Source: a virus
Direction: 5' to 3' (one strand)
Virus record (IMG/VR): IMGVR_UViG_3300042691_005581
Span: 1-64,000 of that record
Length of the DNA: 64,000 nt
Shown here: piece after piece, positions 48,670 to 57,693 of the stretch
Layout of the letters: every line of letters starts with the position of its first letter
Position numbering within the stretch: position 1 is the stretch's first letter
Notes under the pieces: model-generated
The model's database searches: none
What the model was told of the DNA's origin: nothing
The model's input: only the letters and a program-made list of their open reading frames with translations
Made by a program: the position numbers and the translations under genes

Positions 48670-49497
48670 TTAATTTTGATTAAAATTTAATAAAATATTT
48701 TTTTGATGTTCTGTAAGATTTGTTGGAATTGAAATTTTTATAGGCATTAACATTCTTCCACGAAATCGTTGATCGTGTATGTTAGGCATACCGTAGCCTA
48801 CAGCACTTAAAATTTGATCATGCTGGATGCCTGGCGGGATGTTTACTTCTAAACTTTTCCCGTCAATAGATGCTATTGTTTTTTTGCAACCTAGCATAGC
48901 ATCGACACAACTTAGTGTTATTTCTTTTATAAGATCATCACCTTGTCTGCCAAATTCTGGGTGAGGTTTAATGGAAACTGTGACGTTTAAATCTCCTCTT
49001 TGTGAGTTTGGAATTGTATCGTCGCCGAGACCTGCTAACCTAAGAGTGGTACCATCATTAATTCCTGCTGGTATTTTTACGTTAACAGTTTGAGGCCTGC
49101 CACTAGGTAGAGAAATATTAAACATCATTTCTTTGCCATAGAATGCATCTTCTAACGACACTTCTATATGCATGTTCAAAGTTTTATTTCTCTGTTGTCT
49201 ATTATGGGAAAATGGATCAAACGGATTCCTGCCCCCAAAAAATTGTCCAAATATATCGTTCATATCTACTGGACCGTGTCCGCTATGAAAAAACGACTCT
49301 GTTTGGGGATGATCGTATTGATTCTTTTTTTGAGGATCACTGAGGGTATCGTATGCTAGCTGAACTTCTTTGAACTTTTCTGCATCCCCGCCTCGATCAG
49401 GATGATGTTTTGCAGCCAATTTTCGATATGCTTGTTTTACCTCTTCGGGCGATGCGTTTCTTTGAACGCCGAGGGTTTGATAATGATCTGTATTCAT
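48670..49497 (-). CDS. dnaJ: DnaJ/CbpA-type co-chaperone without zinc finger
   Basis: J-domain with HPD, G/F region, DnaJ C-terminal domains. Confidence 0.9.
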   Translation of the reverse strand: MNTDHYQTLGVQRNASPEEVKQAYRKLAAKHHPDRGGDAEKFKEVQLAYDTLSDPQKKNQYDHPQTESFFHSGHGPVDMNDIFGQFFGGRNPFDPFSHNRQQRNKTLNMHIEVSLEDAFYGKEMMFNISLPSGRPQTVNVKIPAGINDGTTLRLAGLGDDTIPNSQRGDLNVTVSIKPHPEFGRQGDDLIKEITLSCVDAMLGCKKTIASIDGKSLEVNIPPGIQHDQILSAVGYGMPNIHDQRFRGRMLMPIKISIPTNLTEHQKNILLNFNQN

Positions 49498-49502
49498 AAA
49501 TT

Positions 49503-49553
49503 AAAAAAAGGTATAGTACTTATATAATACTATACCTTTCGGATACTTGTCAA
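49503..49553 (-). terminator. 12-bp inverted repeat (terminator of the lysis block) overlapping a sigma70 promoter for dnaJ-def-clpA
   Basis: AAAGGTATAGTA-N9-TACTATACCTTT then a T-run on the minus strand; TTGACA(49548-53)-18-TATTAT. Confidence 0.6.
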
Positions 49554-49557
49554 GAAT

Positions 49558-49788
49558 TTATTTCTTTTCTGGAACTTTATCACCTTCTACTTTTTTACGG
49601 ACTTTAATTTTCTTACACTCTTGCACAGGTTTACCGTCTTTGCCGTTTACTACTTTACCAGCTTTGTCTTTCTTGTCTGTGCATACTTCTTTCATTTCCC
49701 CTTTTCCTGGGCCTTCTTTATCATCGGCAGCATATACATTACCCATAAGTGCTAATGCAAGTCCTGCTACAAAAATAATATTCTTCAT
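49558..49788 (-). CDS. Small secreted Lys-rich protein
   Basis: Signal peptide ending VYA/AD; two Cys. Confidence 0.65.
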   Translation of the reverse strand: MKNIIFVAGLALALMGNVYAADDKEGPGKGEMKEVCTDKKDKAGKVVNGKDGKPVQECKKIKVRKKVEGDKVPEKK

Positions 49789-49799
49789 TTTAATTTCCT

Positions 49800-50204
49800 T
49801 TAAATTAATGGTTGCGATTCTTGTGGTACTATTAATTTACCACTTGTGGTTGTTGCATACGGAGATGCACTGGTACTGCCTGTCGAAGGTACGCCAAATG
49901 TTGGAGACCTGCTAGATAGTATGTCGGTTGTTGAGTTGCCATTTATAACTCCTCCTAATTTTTCCTGTCCTCTGCTCCATGCAGTAACTCCCACTATAGC
50001 ACCCATTGCCATATGAAATAGTCCTGCGCCTTGTAGCGTTAGGGGTTGCCATTGAGATGTTACACTGCCATGGTTTACTGCTTGTAACATACTCCATAAA
50101 ATTGGAAATATGATAAAATCAGTTACGCACACTAACATATACATCCATCCCATAGCTGGACGCCATTTACTATTCATCCAATTTTCTTTGCTATGGGTTG
50201 TCAT
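49800..50204 (-). CDS. Holin-like membrane protein
   Basis: WRPAMGW.Y...C..DF, two TM segments, R.QEK; lies in the lysis cassette. Confidence 0.6.
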   Translation of the reverse strand: MTTHSKENWMNSKWRPAMGWMYMLVCVTDFIIFPILWSMLQAVNHGSVTSQWQPLTLQGAGLFHMAMGAIVGVTAWSRGQEKLGGVINGNSTTDILSSRSPTFGVPSTGSTSASPYATTTSGKLIVPQESQPLI

Positions 50205-50210
50205 AATATA

Positions 50211-50765
50211 TTATAGTTCAGGTTGTGGCTCTTCCGGTACGATCTTCTTACCACTTGCAGTCATTGCAAATGTTTGATTGAATCCAGTGGGTGCTCCAAA
50301 GCCTGTTGATACATTATTTCCAAAACTGCTAGATGGTGTTGCTCCGAACGCTGGCCCTGCTCCGAATCCAGATGATACAGATCCAAATCCACCGGTGTTT
50401 GTTGAAGAAATAGTCTGAGCACCGAACGGTCCACTAATTGTTGTCGATGAACTTTTTGGTGCTCTATCCCATCCAGAATTTGCCGCCTTTAATGCTTCTT
50501 TCTGTGCTTCTTTGTCACCCGGACTGGCTAACATGATACCACTTAGTGTACCCGTCAAGAATGTAGCAATTGGGATGATCAGTTCAAAGAACTTTTGATC
50601 AATTGGACTAATGGCGTTAAGTGGTTGTGTAACAAATATTAAAGAATATAGTACAACAAATACAATACCAAATAATGTTAACGATAGACAAATGCCGATG
50701 AAAAATTTCAATCGGGCCATTAATTCTTCTTCAGTATAAATGTGTTCAGGTTGGTTATTTTCCAC
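50211..50765 (-). CDS. Two-TM membrane protein with Gly/Ser/Phe-rich tail
   Basis: Probable GTG start at 50765 with AAGGAG RBS. Confidence 0.6.
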   Translation of the reverse strand: MENNQPEHIYTEEELMARLKFFIGICLSLTLFGIVFVVLYSLIFVTQPLNAISPIDQKFFELIIPIATFLTGTLSGIMLASPGDKEAQKEALKAANSGWDRAPKSSSTTISGPFGAQTISSTNTGGFGSVSSGFGAGPAFGATPSSSFGNNVSTGFGAPTGFNQTFAMTASGKKIVPEEPQPEL

Positions 50766-51045
50766 AACTAACTCCTTGTGTGTTGGGCGCCCCAGCAGCC
50801 GGAGCAGAAATTGTTTTAGTCGGTTCATCTTTTGGTGGTCCTAATCTCGGGTCACGTTGACCTTTAAAAATATGTTCGGGACATGTGCGAGTTACGTCAC
50901 ACGTTGGTAACTTGCATATTTGCTTATCCCAGTTTTCTGGATTTTGACAAGGGTAACGAAAACTGTCACCATTGCTAAAATATGCTAACGCAAGAGGTGC
51001 TAATAGTAATACAAACACCCACTTGAGTAATTTTTTATCTTGCAT
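50755..51045 (-). CDS. Exported Cys-rich small protein
   Basis: N-terminal hydrophobic segment; RYPCQ.P.NW...C..P.C...TCP. Confidence 0.6.
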   Translation of the reverse strand: MQDKKLLKWVFVLLLAPLALAYFSNGDSFRYPCQNPENWDKQICKLPTCDVTRTCPEHIFKGQRDPRLGPPKDEPTKTISAPAAGAPNTQGVSCGK

Positions 51046-51067
51046 TACTCGGCTCCTTTATATACTA

Positions 51068-51340
51068 TTATTTAACGCTTTCAAAGATTTTTCTTTGCTT
51101 GTCATACCACTCGTTCCAGCCATCTACTTTATTAGCACACTCGTAGTATGCGCCATAGTTCTTAACTACGGTTTTAAGCAAGTCAGTAATAGACACTGCG
51201 TTACCAGTATTTTCTATTAGAGATAATTCTGGGCACTTTTCCTGTAGAGCAGGAACAGCATCCGGAAAGTTTCTTTTAACTGGAGCAGTTATTGAACAAC
51301 CCGCTAATAATGCAGCAAACGCTAGAATGATTATTTTCAT
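51068..51340 (-). CDS. o-spanin (Rz1-like lipoprotein)
   Basis: Lipobox LLAGC; P..L...CP.L and Y.ECA.K motifs. Confidence 0.8.
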   Translation of the reverse strand: MKIIILAFAALLAGCSITAPVKRNFPDAVPALQEKCPELSLIENTGNAVSITDLLKTVVKNYGAYYECANKVDGWNEWYDKQRKIFESVK

Positions 51341-51870
51341 TTTCTAGGATCCTTTGCTGCTTTGTTTAGTATTGCAGCGTCATTGTGTACATTGATTAAT
51401 TCTTTAGGAACTGGACAACTTTCAATATACTTTATAACTTCTTCTATGCGAACTCTTTCGGGCCCCTGTACTTCTTTGATAACTTCTTTGGTTTCTAATT
51501 TGTCAATATACTTTGTTATATATTCTGTTTTGCCTTTGATAAACTCTTTTTGTTTTACAATTTTTTCTTGTATAACAACGTTTTCTTTCTTAGACTCAGC
51601 TTCTGCTGCTGCTACTTTGGCTTCTAATTCTTTGACTCGATCACGCCACATCATTTCTGTAGTGTAGCCACCCTTGAAATAAATTCCTGCAGTTAGCAAT
51701 ACAGCGCTGACAATTTGAATTATCGTTACATATTTTGACAGACTAGGAATTTTGTTTAAGATTTTGTGCAGTACAAAAAATGCCAAGATGAAACTAATAA
51801 TCCCTGCAAATAACACTATGTTGACAATGTACATCAACAAGGTATCAGGTAAGAATGACAGAAGCCACAT
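51337..51870 (-). CDS. i-spanin (Rz-like)
   Basis: N-terminal TM segments, coiled coil, C-terminal CPVP; lies between endolysin and o-spanin. Confidence 0.75.
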   Translation of the reverse strand: MWLLSFLPDTLLMYIVNIVLFAGIISFILAFFVLHKILNKIPSLSKYVTIIQIVSAVLLTAGIYFKGGYTTEMMWRDRVKELEAKVAAAEAESKKENVVIQEKIVKQKEFIKGKTEYITKYIDKLETKEVIKEVQGPERVRIEEVIKYIESCPVPKELINVHNDAAILNKAAKDPRK

Positions 51871-51871
51871 A

Positions 51872-52507
51872 TTAATGACCTAGAACGTGTAATGCGTGAT
51901 TATAATGTTTGATACGATCTTCCAACCCAATTGTACCACCATTGATACGCTTAGTTAGTGTAAGGATGTCGCCCTTGTCTGCCCATTGATTTAAGTTGTT
52001 AGCTTCCCAGAACCATGCGGCACTTTGTACACAACCTTCAAACGTTGTTAGATGTTCACCAGCTTCTTCGACTGAGATTTCTAAACTTTGTGCATATCGT
52101 GTATAGTTGTCTTTTCCAGTTAGCTGGATAAGACCACGACCGCAATATCGAAAACCGTCTCCCGACGCTTCTGGACCATTGCCCATACGTCCACCGTAGA
52201 CCTTATTGGCAATCATTTCTGGCTTGCCTGCATATTGGGCAGCAATAGCATCGTCGGGAAAATACTTAGGAAAAATCTTGCGTAATGTTACGGCACGATA
52301 GTTTAAGTTTTCTTTAATAGCACGATAACCACCTGACTCGTGTGCAGTCTGTGCTAAAAATGCAGCAACACGTGGTGCTGTTTCGATATCGTAATCTGGA
52401 AGAATTTGGCATATTGCCTCATACCAGTGTTCTGCGTGTGGAGGATTTCCGCCCACACACTCTTTAAACTTTGCCAATGTAAATTCAAATTTAAATCCGT
52501 TACTCAT
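51872..52507 (-). CDS. Glycoside hydrolase family 19 endolysin
   Basis: AAFLAQTAHESG, GRGLIQLTGKDNY, SAAWFW, TKRINGGTIGLEDR. Confidence 0.93.
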   Translation of the reverse strand: MSNGFKFEFTLAKFKECVGGNPPHAEHWYEAICQILPDYDIETAPRVAAFLAQTAHESGGYRAIKENLNYRAVTLRKIFPKYFPDDAIAAQYAGKPEMIANKVYGGRMGNGPEASGDGFRYCGRGLIQLTGKDNYTRYAQSLEISVEEAGEHLTTFEGCVQSAAWFWEANNLNQWADKGDILTLTKRINGGTIGLEDRIKHYNHALHVLGH

Positions 52508-52529
52508 TTTTTATCCTTTTTAAATTTTT

Positions 52530-53306
52530 TTACCAACTGTCTTTTTCTATAATGATAGCAGTATCCCCGTTTCTAATTAAAAACTTATCTGCTATTTTTT
52601 CAATATCATAATTTCCCAAAAATTTAGTTAAGAACACTACCTGACTTTGGCTAGTTTCATCTAAACTTATTTTTCCCTTGACCTTGTTTTTTATTTCTTC
52701 GTACGGTCCGATGGCTAATAATTTTGCATCAATTGGTCCAGAATAAGGTCTTGTAAACGTTAACATATTGCTTTCGCTAATAGCTACATCTACAGATCCT
52801 TGATCAAAGAAATTTGTAACTTTGTCTTGTTTTAGTGTTTGCATTTTACTAGTATACAATTGTTCGTCTAATGGAATAAATTGCGATAAATTTTCTACAG
52901 TAGTTTCATACAAGTTAGAATCTTTAAAATATCTAAAACTCCAATCTTTACAATTAGCTAACTGTCCAATGCCGCTTAACATTTCTAAAATCTGTTTAGG
53001 AACTTCTGAAGTTCTTTCAAGTTCAACAAATACGCTGTATCGGCCATCTCGTTCTTCGCCGGTACTCATGTCAGCATCAAGAACAAACTTGTAGCCCTTT
53101 TCAATGAATTCCATTAAATCGATAGCAGGCATTTTTTCTTTTGTTTTGAATGACACTACTACAACGTTTTTATCTTCACCCATCTTACTTTTAAATTGAT
53201 CGATGGAGAGGATAGGGGAAATCATGTCCTGCAGATCTCCGGCCCGTAGTCCTTCAAATAATTTAGGCTTGTGGCGGTGTTGCTGGTTGTTCTGCTGCGA
53301 CTTCAT
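52530..53306 (-). CDS. Conserved hypothetical protein
   Basis: Long ORF; start uncertain (53306 or 53339). Confidence 0.6.
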   Translation of the reverse strand: MKSQQNNQQHRHKPKLFEGLRAGDLQDMISPILSIDQFKSKMGEDKNVVVVSFKTKEKMPAIDLMEFIEKGYKFVLDADMSTGEERDGRYSVFVELERTSEVPKQILEMLSGIGQLANCKDWSFRYFKDSNLYETTVENLSQFIPLDEQLYTSKMQTLKQDKVTNFFDQGSVDVAISESNMLTFTRPYSGPIDAKLLAIGPYEEIKNKVKGKISLDETSQSQVVFLTKFLGNYDIEKIADKFLIRNGDTAIIIEKDSW

Positions 53307-53811
53307 CTGTCGGAATCTCCTGTGCTGCTGAATTTTCATCTAATCCCGTGTTGAGATTATATCTCATCAAATCGGCGTTAGCTGCATTTTCTTTGTCAAT
53401 ATATCCTTGATAGATATCTTGCATTAATTTTTTAGGCATTGCTACGGTTACAATCCATACTGGATGTGCGTCAATTTTACCCTTTTTAGTACCTGGTCTA
53501 AAATCATCAGGCGAATATATTTTTCTAGGAATTAACACATGATCTTTTTTGTAACCAATTTTACATCCGTAATCAGTTAATCTTGCGCCACCTTCCGGAT
53601 CTGGCATGTTTTCATAAGGCCACATAAATTTACAGGTTACTGTGTATCTGTCTACATCGGGACCTGTAACTAGTTCGCCGTCTTCCCAATTTTTAAAAAC
53701 ATAGACGTCTAGTTCGTCGATTACACGTTCAAAGTCTTTTAATACTTTAAACGCACTATCGTTACTAGTTAAAGTTTCTAAATTTTTAATAACGTCGATA
53801 ATGTCGTGCAT
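53263..53811 (-). CDS. Conserved hypothetical protein, probably late
   Basis: ATAAATA at 53832-53838; GAGAG RBS. Confidence 0.6.
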   Translation of the reverse strand: MHDIIDVIKNLETLTSNDSAFKVLKDFERVIDELDVYVFKNWEDGELVTGPDVDRYTVTCKFMWPYENMPDPEGGARLTDYGCKIGYKKDHVLIPRKIYSPDDFRPGTKKGKIDAHPVWIVTVAMPKKLMQDIYQGYIDKENAANADLMRYNLNTGLDENSAAQEIPTDEVAAEQPATPPQA

Positions 53812-53944
53812 GGTTTTCTCTCTACTGCTATTATTTATGTCCTGTTAACACACTCTGCCCTAACTAAAAATACCGCATTTCAAGCCCGTTTTTTAGTCTC
53901 GGTCTTAAATATCTATGCAGGTCGTTCTATAAAGGGGTTAAAAA

Positions 53945-54700
53945 TTGCCTAGAGCACGACGAAAAGAACGTGAACAACGTACAGAACGCGATCCGCGTTT
54001 CCAATCAACTGGAGCCAACTTGATCGAAATTAAACAATTTCAAAAAAGAAAGCCGCAAGTCCAGATAGTTCCGAGAAATCTCGCACAAGAGACGTATCTT
54101 GAACTACTTAAAAATCCTAAAAAGTTTATTATATTTGCCATCGGTCCAGCCGGCACGGGTAAAACCATGCTGGGCGTACAAATGGCCATTAAACTTTATC
54201 AAGAGGGAGTTATTAATAAAATTATTGTAACTCGACCGGCTGTGTCAGTTGATGAAGAACACGGATTTTTACCAGGAGATTTGAATGCCAAAATGGCGCC
54301 TTGGACAAGGCCAATTATGGATGTATTTGAAGAATATTATCATCCGAAAGATATTACTGCCATGTTAGAAGATGGAGTGATAGAAATATCACCATTAGCT
54401 TATATGCGCGGCCGTACTTTTAAAAATGCTTTCATCGTTGCAGATGAAATGCAAAACACTACACCCTCACAGATGAAAATGCTGTTGACACGTATCGGCA
54501 ATGGTAGCCGAATGGTTGTTACAGGAGACCTTAATCAAGCCGATCGCCCTGATGCGAACGGCCTGCTAGAATTTTGCAATTTATACGGCCAAGGAGGTGA
54601 GTATCGTATGATCGCTATGGCACATTTTGAGTCTCGAGACATTGAACGTCATCCAGTTGTTAAAGAAATTTTAAGTATCTACAAGGAGAGCGATGATTAA
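53945..54700 (+). CDS. phoH: PhoH-family ATPase
   Basis: GPAGTGKT, TRPAV, GFLPGDL, PLAYMRGRTF, DEMQN, LTRIG, GDLNQ.D, RHPVV. Confidence 0.95.
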   Translation: MPRARRKEREQRTERDPRFQSTGANLIEIKQFQKRKPQVQIVPRNLAQETYLELLKNPKKFIIFAIGPAGTGKTMLGVQMAIKLYQEGVINKIIVTRPAVSVDEEHGFLPGDLNAKMAPWTRPIMDVFEEYYHPKDITAMLEDGVIEISPLAYMRGRTFKNAFIVADEMQNTTPSQMKMLLTRIGNGSRMVVTGDLNQADRPDANGLLEFCNLYGQGGEYRMIAMAHFESRDIERHPVVKEILSIYKESDD

Positions 54701-54724
54701 CTAGTATAGATAACTAACTCGTAG

Positions 54725-54773
54725 AAAACCGCGTAACAATCCCGACCTGCATCTGAAATTGTTACGCGGTTTT
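54725..54773. terminator. Bidirectional terminator-like hairpin between convergent phoH and clamp loader
   Basis: Perfect 16-bp inverted repeat AAAACCGCGTAACAAT/ATTGTTACGCGGTTTT with a 17-nt loop. Confidence 0.8.
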
Positions 54774-54783
54774 AGTTTGAGTG

Positions 54784-55707
54784 TTAATTTTGCAGCCTAG
54801 CCAGTTTGACTAAGGTTGCAGCCAGATTAATTTCTGGATCAGCAATTAACGAATGATCGACTAGACCTTGCTTGATAATGAGCAATGCGCTGTCTTTCTT
54901 TTCTTCAGTATCACCAAACAAATTTAAATTGTCGTAGCACCAACGATAGATACTTTCCATTTCGTCTGGCCTTGCTTTTCCGCATAACAATTTACGTGCT
55001 GCCTGAATATTACCTTGTTTAAAAAGCTCAACCATTTCGATCTTATAATCACTAACACCACTGTCTTCCATGCGCGGATCATTTAACACACCGTTAATAC
55101 TGTTAGATTGCAACATTTTGATGCAACTACGCAAATCTGGATAGGCTACCTTAACATATGTATCGAGGCGATCTAAATCAAAATCGATACCCTCTTCAAC
55201 TAAAATAGTTGCAGCTCGGGCAGTAAATTCAGTTTGATCAACACTGGCAAAATGCATCTGTTGCAATCGACTATGTAATGGCGGCAACACTCTGCTTGGT
55301 GTATTACAAGTTAGAATAAATCTAGCATATGCAGAATACTCTTCAATAATGCCTTTTAGCGAATCTTGAGCCTGCTGACTCAACCGATCTGCTTCGTCTA
55401 GAATAACAACCTTAAAAGGACCAAACGGTATCATTGAGATAAACGGAACAATCTTATCACGAATGAAATCAATACCTGTTTCACGACTGGCGTTGACTTC
55501 TAAAACATCATAATCGGAAATTTCCAATTCGTTTACTAAAATCTTTGCCAGCGTAGTTTTACCAATACCCGGAGCACCGCTTAACAGCAGATGAGGAATA
55601 GTTCCTTCTTTAACCCATGCATTGATTTGTTTTCGATGAGCGTCATCTTTAAAAACATAACCGTCTACTGTTTTAGGACGATATTTTTCTACCCATAATT
55701 CTTTCAT
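54784..55707 (-). CDS. Clamp loader ATPase subunit (gp44/RFC-small-like)
   Basis: LWVEKYRP, GAPGIGKT, NAS, ILDEAD, FILTCN, SR, PDLR. Confidence 0.93.
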   Translation of the reverse strand: MKELWVEKYRPKTVDGYVFKDDAHRKQINAWVKEGTIPHLLLSGAPGIGKTTLAKILVNELEISDYDVLEVNASRETGIDFIRDKIVPFISMIPFGPFKVVILDEADRLSQQAQDSLKGIIEEYSAYARFILTCNTPSRVLPPLHSRLQQMHFASVDQTEFTARAATILVEEGIDFDLDRLDTYVKVAYPDLRSCIKMLQSNSINGVLNDPRMEDSGVSDYKIEMVELFKQGNIQAARKLLCGKARPDEMESIYRWCYDNLNLFGDTEEKKDSALLIIKQGLVDHSLIADPEINLAATLVKLARLQN

Positions 55708-55955
55708 TTGTTAACCCTGCATATTTTCTTAATTTCAAAATGATTGTACAGTTGATCTGATGCCTTTTCTATTGTGCATTTTACTGTACCTAAATCGTGA
55801 GTTGTAAATGCGCAATGTGTTGGAGTTGATTCTACAACGTCAATGCATTCCCTAACTACTCTTTCAACTAAATTTTCTAAGTTATCGATACCCACCCATT
55901 TTCCGCTAATGTCTGTCTTAGTTGACTGTATTAGGTTGTTAATTTTTTCATTCAC
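55704..55955 (-). CDS. Hypothetical protein
   Basis: Coupled ORF. Confidence 0.55.
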   Translation of the reverse strand: MNEKINNLIQSTKTDISGKWVGIDNLENLVERVVRECIDVVESTPTHCAFTTHDLGTVKCTIEKASDQLYNHFEIKKICRVNK

Positions 55956-56359
55956 TTTAACGCTTCCATTGTTATAATTTTATCAATTTCTTTACCAAAA
56001 TCTTGATCATTGGTAATAACATAAAGACCGGTACTGCTTCGATCCTTGTGGCGATCGTATCGTCTAGTTTCTACAACTCTGCCACCATTAGCAACATAGA
56101 CTGTAAATTGTAAGGCACGTTCTGGTTGATCAATGCTCGGAGGACCAACACTTAAAGAACTAGATAACCGATTTATCGATATTGCTGTGTCCCGTTCTTT
56201 GTCTTGTCGTCTTGCATCTTCCCATACTTCACGACTCATTTTTGCAAACCAGCGTTTAATAAATCCTGGTTTCTTAACTTTCTTCTTTTGTAGTGCAGAT
56301 TCAATTCTGTGTTCTACAGTTGACTCTTCTACTGCATATGCTTGTCCATAATTATTCAT
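55952..56359 (-). CDS. Hypothetical protein
   Basis: Coupled ORF. Confidence 0.6.
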   Translation of the reverse strand: MNNYGQAYAVEESTVEHRIESALQKKKVKKPGFIKRWFAKMSREVWEDARRQDKERDTAISINRLSSSLSVGPPSIDQPERALQFTVYVANGGRVVETRRYDRHKDRSSTGLYVITNDQDFGKEIDKIITMEALK

Positions 56360-56820
56360 TTTTTATTCCTTTCTGCTTCCGCTACACGTTTGCGTAGGCT
56401 TGACGAACTAAATGAATGATCTCGTCCGTTAAAGATAAGTTCAATTCCTCGCTTCTTGCAAATTTCTTTGCCTGTAAATTCTTTATCTGCGTACTCTACA
56501 CCTAATATTCTAACATCAACAGGAAGAATAAGCAATAGATCCTCGAGGTCTTTTTCGGTTTGATATACAACAACTTCGTCCACATTACGATTTGTACTGA
56601 CTTGAATTTGGCGTTCAACAATACTTTGAATAGGAGGATTTTTTGTATCCGGTCGATCAATCGTTGGATCAGTTTGAATGGCTGCAATTAGATAATCACA
56701 ATGATTCTTTGCTTCGGCTAACATTGCAATATGCCCTGCGTGTAACAGATCAAACGTGCTAAATGTTATACCTACTTTTAGTCCGTCTTCTTTAAGTTGT
56801 TTAATCTTGTTGAAGATCAT
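56356..56820 (-). CDS. TagD-like cytidylyltransferase
   Basis: TFDLLHAGH, ER..Q, VDEVVVY, R.HSFSSS.LR. Confidence 0.88.
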   Translation of the reverse strand: MIFNKIKQLKEDGLKVGITFSTFDLLHAGHIAMLAEAKNHCDYLIAAIQTDPTIDRPDTKNPPIQSIVERQIQVSTNRNVDEVVVYQTEKDLEDLLLILPVDVRILGVEYADKEFTGKEICKKRGIELIFNGRDHSFSSSSLRKRVAEAERNKK

Positions 56821-56990
56821 ACCAGTTCCTCAACAATGCCTAGAATTTCTGCTAGAATAAGCAAAGCACCGCACACAACTAATGAACCCATAATAAGTGA
56901 GGCACCGGCGGCAATGCGAATAGCACTCTTAGCAAGGCTAACATAAAAATGTCCCTTGCTTGTATCTTTTGGTTGTACTTCAATTTCCAC
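56817..56990 (-). CDS. 57-aa membrane protein (not in ORF track)
   Basis: GTG start with AAAGGA upstream; MEIEVQPKDTSKGHFYVSLAKSAIRIAAG...LAEILGIVEELV; ATGA overlap with the next gene. Confidence 0.65.
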   Translation of the reverse strand: MEIEVQPKDTSKGHFYVSLAKSAIRIAAGASLIMGSLVVCGALLILAEILGIVEELV

Positions 56991-57132
56991 GTTTGAAAAA
57001 TCCTTTTATTGTTTGAAATAGATTATAAAATCTAAAATGATAATTTGTCAGCATAGGAGGATGCATCGGGCATCGACCTTGTTTATAGTCACATTCTGTA
57101 CTGTATTCTTTATTACATGTATTACATTTCAT
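56980..57132 (-). CDS. 50-aa Cys/His-rich protein (not in ORF track)
   Basis: MKCNTCNKEYSTECDYKQGRCPMHPP...; ATGA overlap with upstream gene. Confidence 0.55.
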   Translation of the reverse strand: MKCNTCNKEYSTECDYKQGRCPMHPPMLTNYHFRFYNLFQTIKGFFKRGN

Positions 57133-57401
57133 TCTTCATTCTCCGGTAGTATTAATTCCACAATAACATCCTCTCCTGGAAACGTTGTCACGTGATATTC
57201 TGTTTCGCCTATCATATAGTACTCTGTAAAACTGTGCTGATTGTTAGTGGCCTTAAATGGTTCCATTAATGCTAACAGCAGCAGAACATGCTCTCTTTCT
57301 TTACCCTCCAGCTTTTTAGTAGGAGGACCCATAACACTTCTTAGGAATGCCTTAAGTCGCACTGGATCTTGCTGCAATTCTTCTAAAAAATCTTTATTCA
57401 T
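57129..57401 (-). CDS. Hypothetical protein
   Basis: Coupled ORF. Confidence 0.55.
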   Translation of the reverse strand: MNKDFLEELQQDPVRLKAFLRSVMGPPTKKLEGKEREHVLLLLALMEPFKATNNQHSFTEYYMIGETEYHVTTFPGEDVIVELILPENEE

Positions 57402-57633
57402 CCTTAAGGTATCTTAAAATCTTTTTTTGCTCTTGTTCTTTAAGCCACTCAGCTTCGGGGCTAAAAGTCGGGCAATCTTTAAGTAAATCGTCGAGCATCC
57501 ATTTGACTTGATATAGGTCTTGCTTTATGCCCCATGCAACAAATCCGTCAGTCCGGCTATTGCCGCATTCGTAAGCTGCTGCTCGAATTTCGTTTAATGC
57601 TCGAACTATGTCGTATGAATAATTATATCCCAT
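57394..57633 (-). CDS. Hypothetical protein, predicted leaderless
   Basis: Directly follows a consensus promoter. Confidence 0.6.
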   Translation of the reverse strand: MGYNYSYDIVRALNEIRAAAYECGNSRTDGFVAWGIKQDLYQVKWMLDDLLKDCPTFSPEAEWLKEQEQKKILRYLKDE

Positions 57634-57638
57634 AGTAT

Positions 57639-57676
57639 ATTATAGTCGTAAAAAAAGGGTCTGTCAAGACCCTTTT
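57639..57676 (-). terminator. Terminator with an embedded perfect sigma70 promoter
   Basis: AAAAGGGTCT/AGACCCTTTT stem; TTGACA (57662-67) is the loop; 17 nt later TATAAT (57639-44). Confidence 0.8.
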
Positions 57677-57693
57677 GTAGCAAGTGAATAATA

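Noticed and set aside
49507-49539. CIRCE element before dnaJ
   Set aside because: The 9-nt spacer matches, but the arms bear no resemblance to TTAGCACTC/GAGTGCTAA.
19066-51074. Treating every TAAATA (19066, 28023, 40148, 51069) as a late promoter
   Set aside because: These copies coincide with Lys-stop codons (AAA TAA) in AT-rich DNA and may be incidental; only copies with additional support were listed as features.
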